Assembly (NCBI GenBank): GCA_002728255.1
Contig: PBWV01000024.1
Location: forward strand, 11,923-65,456
From: Rhodospirillaceae bacterium
GTDB taxonomy: Bacteria; Pseudomonadota; Alphaproteobacteria; UBA7887
Direction: 5' to 3'
DNA: 53,534 nt
Below are positions 16,347 through 26,056 of the stretch, one piece after another. A model generated the notes under the pieces. That model saw nothing but the letters and a program-made list of their open reading frames with translations, was not told the origin of the DNA and made no database searches. The stretch's first letter is position 1. Each line of letters starts with the position of its first letter. The translations under genes were made by a program, and so were the position numbers.

Positions 16347-17717
16347 GTGTGGAGACACGCAGTGAACTTTAACTCAATCTCTTTTATTTTTATTTTTATT
16401 CCAGCATGTTTGCTGATTTTTTACCTAGCTTCTCCTCGGCTACGACTACCGGTTCTGTTTCTATTTTCTATGGTTTTCTATGGAGCGTCCGGAATCAGCC
16501 CAGGTCTTCTATTGTTTATTTCAATAGTTATCGGATATTTTGGTGCGCGACTGTGTCAGCCCAGTAGGAATGTGGGGCGATTATTTTTCGCGATTTCATT
16601 TCCTCTCCTCGCATTGTTTGTTTCCAAATACCTTGGATTCTCACTGACTACAGTCGGGGTCGAGCTACAGCCCGGCGCCTTCCTTGACGTCATAGTCAGA
16701 CTTTCATTGCCCGCGGGGATTAGCTTTTACACGTTTCAGTTGGTTGCTTACATGATTGATATACGTGATGGTAAGATTGAACGAGAGAATAATTTTATCC
16801 AGTTTGGAACTTTTATCGCATTGTTTCCACAACTAATCGCTGGACCAATTTTGCGTTATACGGAAATCCGAAGTCAACTCCGCAGGATAGCTAGTGAGCA
16901 GGATCTACGGCCAGATTTGATGTCGGGAATAAAATATTGCGCTTTTGGTCTCGCCTATAAGATATTTTTCTCAGACATTCTTGTCACCATGCAGGTCGTC
17001 TATACTAATAGTGAGGGAGCGCCGTCCATAGACGCCCTGTACAGCGTTCTAGCTTATTCAGCGATAATATATTTTGATTTCTGGGCATATTCACTAATCG
17101 CGATGGGTTTGGCCAAGTTATTTACTCTCGACTTGCCGCGTAACTTCAGGGAGCCGTATAGGTCGCTGTCACCGAGGGAGTTTTGGAAGCGTTGGCATAT
17201 AACTCTATCGTTTTGGTTGCGCGACTATGTCTATTTTAAGATGGGCGGCAAAGAGAAGTACATCCGCAATATAATTGTTATATTTGGTTTGGTTGGTTTG
17301 TGGCATGGCGCAGGTTGGAACTTTATTCTCTGGGGTTTCTACCATGCGTTTTGGGTTCTTCTGTATCACTTTTGCAAACGATGGTGGGACCCACTACCTC
17401 TACTCTTTCAGATCATTCTCACTTTCGTAATCGTGTCCTTAGGCTGGCCTCTATTTTACCTTGACATGAATGGCTACGTTCAGCTTTTAATCAATTTGTT
17501 CAGCTTCACAGGGGCGGAAGGAGGATCTGTGTATGGGTTGCTGGATTGGGCCTACTTAGGCGTGACACTTGGTTGGATTTTTCTAGTGAAGGAAGATTTC
17601 ATCTTGTTCAACAATAAAAGAAACTTCTTTGACAACCCTATTTTCTTAGCTTGCCTTCTTGTCGGGGCGATCATCTTTCTGTCTTTCGCGCGTACATTTA
17701 TCTATTTTCAGTTCTAG
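16347..17717 (+). CDS. MBOAT family O-acyltransferase (AlgI/DltB/PatA-like)
   Basis: 456 aa and polytopic. Motifs ISFYTFQLVAYMIDI, FWKRWHITLSFWLRDYVY and the conserved His in GLWHGAGWNFILWGFYH. Confidence 0.9.
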   Translation: MWRHAVNFNSISFIFIFIPACLLIFYLASPRLRLPVLFLFSMVFYGASGISPGLLLFISIVIGYFGARLCQPSRNVGRLFFAISFPLLALFVSKYLGFSLTTVGVELQPGAFLDVIVRLSLPAGISFYTFQLVAYMIDIRDGKIERENNFIQFGTFIALFPQLIAGPILRYTEIRSQLRRIASEQDLRPDLMSGIKYCAFGLAYKIFFSDILVTMQVVYTNSEGAPSIDALYSVLAYSAIIYFDFWAYSLIAMGLAKLFTLDLPRNFREPYRSLSPREFWKRWHITLSFWLRDYVYFKMGGKEKYIRNIIVIFGLVGLWHGAGWNFILWGFYHAFWVLLYHFCKRWWDPLPLLFQIILTFVIVSLGWPLFYLDMNGYVQLLINLFSFTGAEGGSVYGLLDWAYLGVTLGWIFLVKEDFILFNNKRNFFDNPIFLACLLVGAIIFLSFARTFIYFQF

Positions 17718-17819
17718 TATGCGTTTTTGCACCATTGCTAATATTCCATCCAAAGAATAGTGGCATATCTAGGTTGGCTAAAGATAGCTGTTGGCTTGTG
17801 TAGACGGCATCGCACGACC

Positions 17820-18242
17820 TCAGGATTGTTTCCAGGGCAACTGGGAAAATTTCCAGCCATCCAAGGTGCCCCGGTGGTCTTTATGGTCTGGGTTCCCTTC
17901 AAAACCTTCAACGATATTATAGCAGTACGAGTATCCGGCTGCTGTCATAGAGACGGCAGCTGCCATAGACCTATGGCCCGAGCGGCATAGAAAAAAGATA
18001 GCAGCGTCAGGGTCAGGAATCTTCTGTTGCGTTTGGTCTACAAAATGTGGATTCTGGGATCCATCAGGGAATCTTGTCCATTCGATAAGGTAAGGCTCCT
18101 TGTTTAGCAAGGAAAGATCGGGGATCCCAACGAAAGTCCACTCAGCAGTCGTGCGGCAGTCCACCAAATAGCTATCAGCTTTTGATTGTAAAATTTCCCA
18201 TGCCTTTTTCGGTGTAACGTCGCCTGCGTATTCTTGGCCCAT
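17820..18242 (-). CDS. single-domain rhodanese-like sulfurtransferase
   Basis: 140 aa. Active-site loop CRSGHRS and the overall rhodanese layout (LVDCRT...EW). Confidence 0.8.
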   Translation of the reverse strand: MGQEYAGDVTPKKAWEILQSKADSYLVDCRTTAEWTFVGIPDLSLLNKEPYLIEWTRFPDGSQNPHFVDQTQQKIPDPDAAIFFLCRSGHRSMAAAVSMTAAGYSYCYNIVEGFEGNPDHKDHRGTLDGWKFSQLPWKQS

Positions 18243-18412
18243 GCAGTTACTCCTAAAAAGTCACTAATTGCTCCAGGAATTTTGGAATTCCATAGGTTAT
18301 GTTTACATCAATTTGTCAATAAAATGTAGGACTGTATTCCGTGTGCCTATTCTTAAAGTATCTTGGTATTGGCAAGGAGTTGTTCTAAAGATTGGCTTGA
18401 GGAGGCAATCCT

Positions 18413-19213
18413 GTGGGGAACAAAAGGTTAGAAGGAAAGGTGGCATTGGTGTCTGGCGCTGGGCAGCGGGGCCATATTATTGGAACAGGCAGAGCCAGTG
18501 CTATTTTATTTGCTCAGGAGGGGGCTCGAGTATTCCTCGTGGATTGGAACGAGGAGAGCGCTGCTCAAACAAAAGCAATGATAGAGGCGGATGGTGGGAC
18601 CGCATTTGTGTGCCAAGCAGACGTGACCAAAGACACTGACTGCAAAACTGTCATTGATTCTTGTAAAGAGGAGCTTGGTTCGCTCGATATACTCTTAAAC
18701 AATGTCGGTGGTCCTGGTGGAGGAGACGTTACAGAGGTTACAGATGCACTATGGAACGAATCTTTGGATCGAAATCTCAAAAGTGCGGCGTTTATGAGTA
18801 AATATGCGGTTCCGGCCATGGCGGGGTCGGGCGGAGGTTCTATCATTCACGTGTCTTCCATTGATGGTTACCGGGCGGGAAATAGCAGAAATGTCCCTTA
18901 CTCAGTTGCAAAGGCTGGAGTTATTCAACTCACCCGGACTATGGCAGTGCATCATGGGCGGGAAAATATTCGGGTAAACTGCATTGCACCGGGTCACCTT
19001 CATGGGCCATTTGTGGAGCAAATTCCCAGCGATTGGCGTGATATGCGAAAGCGTGCAGGACCCTTGGGAACCGAGGGCACAGCATGGGATTTTGCTTGGG
19101 CAGCGGTGTTTTTGGCTAGCAATGAATCTAGGTGGATTTCAGGGGTAGTTCTACCCGTTGACGCTGGTCTGCAAGCGGCTACGCCACTCTCCGTGTTACA
19201 CAATTTAATATGA
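18413..19213 (+). CDS. SDR family oxidoreductase (classical)
   Basis: GKVALVSGAGQRGHIIGTG cofactor motif, NNVG, and catalytic S...YSVAKAG. GTG start behind GAGGAGG. Confidence 0.85.
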   Translation: MGNKRLEGKVALVSGAGQRGHIIGTGRASAILFAQEGARVFLVDWNEESAAQTKAMIEADGGTAFVCQADVTKDTDCKTVIDSCKEELGSLDILLNNVGGPGGGDVTEVTDALWNESLDRNLKSAAFMSKYAVPAMAGSGGGSIIHVSSIDGYRAGNSRNVPYSVAKAGVIQLTRTMAVHHGRENIRVNCIAPGHLHGPFVEQIPSDWRDMRKRAGPLGTEGTAWDFAWAAVFLASNESRWISGVVLPVDAGLQAATPLSVLHNLI

Positions 19214-19315
19214 CTAGCTGCGTTTGAGGGCACATTCTGAGTGCATTGTGGGAGCTAAGGTCTTATATTTGCATGTGCAAAATTTTAGGTTTTCGTGGAG
19301 AGGGATAAGACAGTT

Positions 19316-20989
19316 ATGACGAAGATGACGGGTGGGAGGTTTCTGGCTGAGACTGCGCTAGGCTATGGCATTAACCACATTTTTTGGATGCCGTACATTG
19401 GGCCAAGAGTAATCATGGAGTTGGAAGCACTTGGCGGGAAGGGGATTCAGGCTCACAGTGAGAAGGCAGCTGTGTATATGGCAGATGCCTATGCCAGAGT
19501 GCGTGGCGGGCCTAGCCTCTGCATGGCGCAGTCGGTAGGGGCTCTAAACTTGGCAGCCGGTCTGCAGGATCCTTATCTCGCTTGCTCTCCAGTTGTTGCT
19601 ATCACCGGTAGGGAAACACTAATTCACCAACAACGCCATGCGTATCAGGAAGTTAACCACACCAGTCCGTTTTCTGCAGTTACGAAATACAGTGCTTATG
19701 TTTCCAAGACAGAAGATTTCCCAGTGTATTTACGACAGGCATTTCGTGCTGCGACAACGGGTACTCCTGCTCCTACCCATATTGATTTGGAGGGGATAGC
19801 GGGCCAGGTGGTTATTGACCAAGAGGCAGATATTGAGGTTTGTGTGGAGGAGCCGTTTGGCCAGATCCCTGCCTTCCGCCCCACAGCAGATTTGGGGTTA
19901 ATCTCCGACGCTCTGGAAGTTTTAAGCCGTTCCGAGCGGCCAATCATTGTAGCAGGAGGTGGCGTAACCTCTTCGGGAGCACGGGCTGAGTTAATCGAGT
20001 TTGCTGAAAAAGTGTCGATCCCTGTAGCTACATCTCTCAATGCCAAGGCAATGTTTCCCTGGGATCATCCTCTCGCTGTAGGAACACCCGGTTCCTATTC
20101 CCGGGCATGTGCTAATAAGGTGGTCTCCCAAGCAGATTTAGTCTTCTTCATAGGTAGTCAGGCAGGGGGACAGGTTACCAATGGTTATCAGATTCCACCT
20201 CAAGGGACTAATGTAATCCAATTAGATCTCAATGGTGAAGAGATTGGCCGTAATTATCATGTAAAAGTTGGCTTGCAGGGAGATGTGCGGGAAACACTCC
20301 GAGTTATGACCGCGCAAGCCGATTCAAGCCCAGGAAAAGTGGAGTGGTTGGCGAAGGTTGGACAATTGGTTCAAGGGTATAAGGATGATTCCAGCGAGCA
20401 TTACAATTCAGATGTATTGCCCATGAGGCCGGAACGGCTTTGCAAAGAATTAAGTAACTCCCTCCCTGATGATGCCATATTGGTTTCGGATACTGGCCAC
20501 GCCGGTGTTTGGTGTGCACAGATGATCGATTTGAAGAAACCAGAGCAGAGTTTTCTTCGTGCGGCTGGCTCGCTTGGTTGGGCCCTGCCAGCAGCCATGG
20601 GCGCTAAATGCGCAGCTCCCGATAGGCCAGTCATTTGTTGGACAGGGGACGGAGGCGTTTGGTATCACATGACGGAATTAGATACGGCGAGGAAAACAGG
20701 AATTAATACGGTCACCTTGATAAATAACAATCATTCCTTAAATCAGGAGCAGGGTGGCGTTGAGGGAATCTATGGGCAGCGCTCCTCAGAATCGGATGCT
20801 CACTGGGTATTCCCTGACCAGGATTTTGTTCGAATGGCAGAATCCATGGACTGTTTTGGGGTCACCGTACATAAACCTAGCGAGTTGGAAGGTGCTCTGG
20901 AACAAGCTTTGAGCGCCGGTAAACCGGCTGTTGTGGATGTGAAGACCCACATCGAGGGGATTGCTGATAGGGCCTGGATGCCAAGTTAA
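19316..20989 (+). CDS. thiamine diphosphate-dependent enzyme (acetolactate synthase / cyclohexane-1,2-dione hydrolase superfamily)
   Basis: ThDP motif GDGGVWYHMTELDTARKTGINTVTLINNN and a three-domain length of about 560 aa. The start is uncertain (GTG 19295 or ATG 19316). Confidence 0.8.
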   Translation: MTKMTGGRFLAETALGYGINHIFWMPYIGPRVIMELEALGGKGIQAHSEKAAVYMADAYARVRGGPSLCMAQSVGALNLAAGLQDPYLACSPVVAITGRETLIHQQRHAYQEVNHTSPFSAVTKYSAYVSKTEDFPVYLRQAFRAATTGTPAPTHIDLEGIAGQVVIDQEADIEVCVEEPFGQIPAFRPTADLGLISDALEVLSRSERPIIVAGGGVTSSGARAELIEFAEKVSIPVATSLNAKAMFPWDHPLAVGTPGSYSRACANKVVSQADLVFFIGSQAGGQVTNGYQIPPQGTNVIQLDLNGEEIGRNYHVKVGLQGDVRETLRVMTAQADSSPGKVEWLAKVGQLVQGYKDDSSEHYNSDVLPMRPERLCKELSNSLPDDAILVSDTGHAGVWCAQMIDLKKPEQSFLRAAGSLGWALPAAMGAKCAAPDRPVICWTGDGGVWYHMTELDTARKTGINTVTLINNNHSLNQEQGGVEGIYGQRSSESDAHWVFPDQDFVRMAESMDCFGVTVHKPSELEGALEQALSAGKPAVVDVKTHIEGIADRAWMPS

Positions 20990-21011
20990 TTTCGCGTGTT
21001 GGGAGGTTAGG

Positions 21012-22622
21012 ATGCCAGGCTATAGGGATCTAGATTGTGATGTGGTAGTGGTTGGCGCCGGCGTGACTGGCCTCTATCAACTACACTGTCTTCGGAAACT
21101 AGGTTTCCGGGTCCGGGTGCTTGAGGCCGGCAGTGACGTTGGGGGGACATGGTATTGGAACCGGTATCCTGGGTGTCGCTTTGATTCGGAAAGTTACTCC
21201 TACTCCTATTCATTTTCTCAAGAGTTATTAAATGAGTGGGATTGGACAGAGCATTTTTCTGCCCAACCCCAGACAGAGCGATATCTTCAATTTGTTGCGG
21301 ACAAGTTTGACCTTCGTAAAGATATTCAATTTTCAAGCCGGGTTGCCTCGACTGTGTTCGATGAGGAACATTCATGCTGGGAAATTACTGTAGAAGGTGG
21401 GACACATTTTCGTTGTCGGTTTCTAATCATGAGTATTGGCCATCTGTCGGCTCCAACCCTCCCCAATATTGAAAATATCGAGAAATTTTCGGGCGAATGG
21501 TTTCACACAGGCCTTTGGCCAAAGGAGGAAGTGACATTCTCCGGTAAAGATGTTGCAGTTGTAGGTACGGGGGCTTCCGGGGTGCAGATGATTCAGGAGA
21601 TTTCTAAGACGGCTAAAAGCTTGACGGTGTTTCAGAGAAATCCTAATTGGTGCACGCCCTTGCACAACAAAGAGATTAGCAAATCAGAGATGCAGGAGAT
21701 TAGGAAAAACTATCCTCATACATTCCAGGCTTGTGGAGCGTCGGATGGCGGGTTCATTCACACAACGGAAGACCGTAATGCTCTAGATGTGACGGAAGAA
21801 GAGCGGGAAAAATTTTGGGAGGAGCAATATGCGAAGCCTGGTTTCTCCATGTGGCTCGGTAACTTTAAGGACGTCTATATTGATAGGGAAGCGAATAGGC
21901 TTTTGTCGGACTTTGTGGCCAGAAAAATTCGGGACCGTGTAGTTGATGAGAAAACAGCAGAGTTGTTAATTCCCAAAGATCACGGATTCGGCACAAAACG
22001 CGTCCCACAGGAGACTTTCTATTATGAAGTATATAATCAGTCGAACGTAAGTTTGGTGAGCCTTTTGGAAACGCCTTTTGAATGCGTCACGAAAAAGGGA
22101 ATAAAAACCACAGACCGTGAGTATGAATTTGATACAATAGTCTACGCAACTGGCTTTGACGCTATTACTGGTAGTTTCGATCGAATTGATATCCGGGGTG
22201 TCAATGGCCGACGTCTTAGAGAGAGTTGGCGTAGCAAAATTGTTACCTTCCTCGGGGTTCAGGTACCGGCTTTTCCGAATTTTTTTATGATCCCAGGGCC
22301 GCAGGTCCTCTTCGCTAATCATACTCGGCTGGCTGAATTTAACGTCGAATGGGTGACGGCGCTTATTAAACATGTCGATGGAAAAGGCTTAACACGGGTA
22401 GAGCCGCGACTAGACGTTGCGGAGGATTGGAGCAACCACGTCGAAGAGAGTGGTAAGGAACTGCTTATAAACGAAGTTGATTCGTGGATGAGTGGAGTTA
22501 ATTCCAACGTGGAGGGTAAACAAAGTCGTGTGTTCGTCCGTTATGATGGCATTTGGCCTGCTTATAGGAAACGCTGTAGGGAAATCGCATCCTCAGGATA
22601 TCAGGAACTTCAATTCTCATAG
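21012..22622 (+). CDS. type I Baeyer-Villiger monooxygenase (cyclohexanone monooxygenase-like flavoprotein)
   Basis: FAD fold VVVVGAGVTG, BVMO fingerprint FSGEWFHTGLWP (FxGxxxHxxxWP), NADP fold VAVVGTGASG. Start ATG 21012 behind GGGAGG. Confidence 0.9.
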   Translation: MPGYRDLDCDVVVVGAGVTGLYQLHCLRKLGFRVRVLEAGSDVGGTWYWNRYPGCRFDSESYSYSYSFSQELLNEWDWTEHFSAQPQTERYLQFVADKFDLRKDIQFSSRVASTVFDEEHSCWEITVEGGTHFRCRFLIMSIGHLSAPTLPNIENIEKFSGEWFHTGLWPKEEVTFSGKDVAVVGTGASGVQMIQEISKTAKSLTVFQRNPNWCTPLHNKEISKSEMQEIRKNYPHTFQACGASDGGFIHTTEDRNALDVTEEEREKFWEEQYAKPGFSMWLGNFKDVYIDREANRLLSDFVARKIRDRVVDEKTAELLIPKDHGFGTKRVPQETFYYEVYNQSNVSLVSLLETPFECVTKKGIKTTDREYEFDTIVYATGFDAITGSFDRIDIRGVNGRRLRESWRSKIVTFLGVQVPAFPNFFMIPGPQVLFANHTRLAEFNVEWVTALIKHVDGKGLTRVEPRLDVAEDWSNHVEESGKELLINEVDSWMSGVNSNVEGKQSRVFVRYDGIWPAYRKRCREIASSGYQELQFS

Positions 22623-22703
22623 CAGCTCGGGACGTGGCGATAGATTCGGAGTTGGGCTGAAACATAGCTATCAAAGCTATTTATGCGACCCTTGCTGAAT
22701 GTA

Positions 22704-24302
22704 TTATCCTTCTTTAATTAAATCAGAGGCCCTTTCTCCTACCATAATGGCGGCAGCGTTTGTGTTTCCCGAAGGCATCGTTTGAAAAATAGATGCATCA
22801 GCTACACGCAATCCTTCAAGGCCATAAACTTTTAGTTTGTCGTCGACCACTGCATTGGGGCTAGAACCCATACGGCATGTTCCCATGGGGTGATAAGCGG
22901 TTTCCCCTGTGTCGCGCAGCCAGTTCTCTATCGCCGTGTCTCCTGCAATTTCTTTGCCGGGTTTAAATTCTTCCCCTCGGTAGGCGTCCATGGGGGCAGA
23001 GTTCACAATATTTCTCATTATATTAACGCCGTCGATCATGGCTCGAAGGTCTATTGGATCATGGAGAAAATTAAAGCGAATAGCGGGCTGCTCGTCCGGT
23101 TTATTCGAACGTATGTGGATAGAGCCTAAACTTTCCGGGCGAAGCTGATAGCAGATAAAAGTCATTCCTGGAAACTTATATAATTTCCGCTTTTTTGGGT
23201 TTTCCACCGCGTAGGGGAAGAAGCTGAGTTGCAGGTCCGGTGTTTCCATTTCTGGTCTTGTTTTAACAAAGGCAACAACTGGTGTGGAGGGAAGACTGAA
23301 AAAACCTCCCCCGGTGGTGGCATATTGGAGCATTTGTCCTATCAGCCCGAGGCCGCGGGCCTTCTCGTTGTAGCTAACCCCTGGCATGGTTACTTTCCAG
23401 TTTATTCTGGATGCGATGTGATCGCGAAAATTTTCTCCAACAGAGGGGAGTTCGTGTCGCACTGTGATGCCATATTTTTTTAGAATTTCGGGGTCACCTA
23501 TGCCAGATAATTCCAGTATTTGGGGCGAAGAGACGGCTCCTGCAGAAAGAATAACTTCTCGGTTGCATTTCCCTGTGTAGTCCTTTCCATTCTTTCTGTA
23601 CACGACCCCGGTGCATCGTTTCCCTTCAAGAGCCAAATGTTGGGTCATGGCTTCAGTTACGATTTCCAAGTTAGGGCGCCGGCTTGCCGGTTCTAGATAG
23701 CAGCGGGCTGCACTCATTCTCCGGCCAGCTTTTATGGTTGCCTGGGTTTTCCCCACTCCTTCTTGGTCTAAACCATTATAATCAGAGGTATGGGGGTATC
23801 CTGCGGACTGGGCGGCAGAAATTAATGCGTCATACAGTGGGTTTTGGTCGGGCACTTCGGATATGCCTAAGGGGCCATTTCGCCCGCGTACTTCATCGTC
23901 GCCACCGTCAAAGTTTTCCATTCTCTGGAAAACTTTGGAAACTCTTTCCCACGTCCAGCTGCGATTTCCAAGCTGCCCCCAAGTGTCGTAGTCTAGGGTT
24001 TGACCGCGAACATAGACCAACCCGTTGATGGCACTCGAACCACCAACCATTTTCCCTCTGGGAACGGGAATGACGCGGTTGGCTGTACCTTCTTCAGGTT
24101 CAGATCGATAGCGCCAGTTTACTCCTGGCTTATCTATGAAGAGCCCAAAGCTCACCGGAACACGCGACAGAGGGTGTGTTGGCTTGCCTGCCTCTAGCAG
24201 AAGGACGGAGGTTCTTGGATCTTCTGTCAGCCGATAGGCAAGCGCCGAGCCCGCGGATCCGGCACCAATTATGATATAATCTGGTTGGGTGTTCTTATGC
24301 AC
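22704..24302 (-). CDS. GMC family oxidoreductase (choline/alcohol dehydrogenase-like), paralogue 1
   Basis: DYIIIGAGSAGSALAYRL, GGSSAINGLVY, YHPMGTCRMG, ADASIFQTMPSGNTNAAAIMVGE. GTG start is forced. Confidence 0.9.
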   Translation of the reverse strand: MHKNTQPDYIIIGAGSAGSALAYRLTEDPRTSVLLLEAGKPTHPLSRVPVSFGLFIDKPGVNWRYRSEPEEGTANRVIPVPRGKMVGGSSAINGLVYVRGQTLDYDTWGQLGNRSWTWERVSKVFQRMENFDGGDDEVRGRNGPLGISEVPDQNPLYDALISAAQSAGYPHTSDYNGLDQEGVGKTQATIKAGRRMSAARCYLEPASRRPNLEIVTEAMTQHLALEGKRCTGVVYRKNGKDYTGKCNREVILSAGAVSSPQILELSGIGDPEILKKYGITVRHELPSVGENFRDHIASRINWKVTMPGVSYNEKARGLGLIGQMLQYATTGGGFFSLPSTPVVAFVKTRPEMETPDLQLSFFPYAVENPKKRKLYKFPGMTFICYQLRPESLGSIHIRSNKPDEQPAIRFNFLHDPIDLRAMIDGVNIMRNIVNSAPMDAYRGEEFKPGKEIAGDTAIENWLRDTGETAYHPMGTCRMGSSPNAVVDDKLKVYGLEGLRVADASIFQTMPSGNTNAAAIMVGERASDLIKEG

Positions 24303-24363
24303 TTAATATCCCTTTTTCTTCATAAAACTTTCAAGGCAACCATTGAGTTGTGTATAGGTCACC

Positions 24364-25953
24364 TTAGGCTGGATTCATAATCAAATCAGCTGCTTTTTCG
24401 CCAACCATGATACTTGGAGCATTGGTATTCCCAGAGGGCATGGTTGGAAAGATCGAGGCGTCGGCCACACGAAGTCCTTCTAGCCCGTGTACCTTTAATT
24501 GATCGTCTACCACGGTGTTGGGACCAGACCCCATTCGGCATGTTCCCATAGGATGATAGCCAGTTTCACATTCTTCCCGAAGAAATTTCTCTATCTGATC
24601 ATCGGTTGATATGGAAGCCCCTGGATGAAATTCGCTTTTCCGGTATCGGTCCATTGGTTTTGCGTCGACAATTGCCCGCATCATTTTAACAGCGTCAATA
24701 TTAGTTCTAACATCGATGGGGTCTTTCAGAAAATTAAACCGAATTGCCGGATGTTCATAGGGGTTGCTAGATCGAATATGCACTGAGCCAAGGCTCTCCG
24801 GTCTAAGTTGAAAGGCAGCTATGGTCATTCCAGGAAAGGAATGTAGTTTGCGTTTTTCAGCACTTTCCACGGAGTATGGCAAAAATTGCATCTGAATGTC
24901 AGGAGTTTCTAATTCTGGCCGCGTTTTCAACCATGCTCCTAGGGACGAGGAGGGTAGACTCAGGAATCCAGTTCCCATTGCAAAATATTTGAGCACTTGG
25001 CCTACAAGACCTATTCCCTGCGCACGGGTATTATAGGAAACCTCAGGATTGTTTAATTCCCATTTTATTCTCGGCAAGAGATGGTCGCGAAAGTTCTCGC
25101 CAACCGCGACCAATTCATGCCGTATTTCAATTCCGTAACGTGAGAGGATCTCAGGGTTCCCAATCCCAGATAATTCCAGAATTTGCGGGGACGCTATGCC
25201 GCCGGCGGACAGAACAACTTCTCTGTTACATTCGGCCTCAACTAATTCACCGTTTTTTTTGTATGTAATTCCGATGCATTGTTTCCCTTTCAGCAGTATT
25301 TTTTGGGTCATTGCCTTGGTGACAATATTCAAGTTGTTGCGCCGCATGGCCGGTGACAAATAGCAGTGAGCTGTATTCATCCTGCGGCCGCGCTGGATAG
25401 TTGCCTGCAGTCTTGCGACCCCCTCCTGGTCAGGGCCATTGTAGTCCGCATTTCTTGGATGGCCTATGGAGACAGCTGCATCAAGGAGCGCCTCGTACAA
25501 TTGATTTTGTTCCGAGACCTCAGATATGCCGAGAGGTCCTGTTTTACCTCTTGTTTCATGGCCTGGATCTGAGTAATTTTCCATTCTTTTAAAAACTGGA
25601 GCGACGTCCTCCCAGCTCCATCCGCGATTGCCAAATTGTGCCCAGGTATCGTAATCAAGAGGTTGCCCACGGACATAAACCATGCCATTGATTGCGCTTG
25701 ATCCCCCTAGCATTTTTCCTCTTGGTACAGGGATAGCACGGTTAGCTGTTCCTGCTTCAGGTTCTGAGAAGTACTTCCAATTTACGCCAGGTTTATTGAT
25801 GAATAGCCCGAAACTTATAGGAATTCGGGAAAGAGGATGCGTGTTAGATCCGGCTTCCACAAGTAGAACCGAGGTTCGGGGATTTGCGGAGAGCCGATAG
25901 GCCAAAGCAGCGCCAGCTGATCCTGCTCCAACAATTATGTAGTCGTATTTCAT
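24364..25953 (-). CDS. GMC family oxidoreductase (choline/alcohol dehydrogenase-like), paralogue 2
   Basis: Collinear with the 22704 ORF: YDYIIVGAGSAGAALAYRL, GGSSAINGMVY, YHPMGTCRMG, ADASIFPTMPSGNTNAPSIMVGE. Confidence 0.9.
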   Translation of the reverse strand: MKYDYIIVGAGSAGAALAYRLSANPRTSVLLVEAGSNTHPLSRIPISFGLFINKPGVNWKYFSEPEAGTANRAIPVPRGKMLGGSSAINGMVYVRGQPLDYDTWAQFGNRGWSWEDVAPVFKRMENYSDPGHETRGKTGPLGISEVSEQNQLYEALLDAAVSIGHPRNADYNGPDQEGVARLQATIQRGRRMNTAHCYLSPAMRRNNLNIVTKAMTQKILLKGKQCIGITYKKNGELVEAECNREVVLSAGGIASPQILELSGIGNPEILSRYGIEIRHELVAVGENFRDHLLPRIKWELNNPEVSYNTRAQGIGLVGQVLKYFAMGTGFLSLPSSSLGAWLKTRPELETPDIQMQFLPYSVESAEKRKLHSFPGMTIAAFQLRPESLGSVHIRSSNPYEHPAIRFNFLKDPIDVRTNIDAVKMMRAIVDAKPMDRYRKSEFHPGASISTDDQIEKFLREECETGYHPMGTCRMGSGPNTVVDDQLKVHGLEGLRVADASIFPTMPSGNTNAPSIMVGEKAADLIMNPA

Positions 25954-26056
25954 CCTGTATCACTCGCTACATCTAAACTAATGAGAAATACTAATAGAAC
26001 GCTATTAGGTTCTACGACAAGAATTTCATTTCTCAACCAATAAAAAGGTGCGTCGT

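Noticed and set aside
20961-21011. Upstream extension of the BVMO ORF overlapping the end of the ThDP gene
   Set aside because: ATG 21012 follows GGGAGG, and the FAD fold begins about 10 residues later. The extension is unnecessary.
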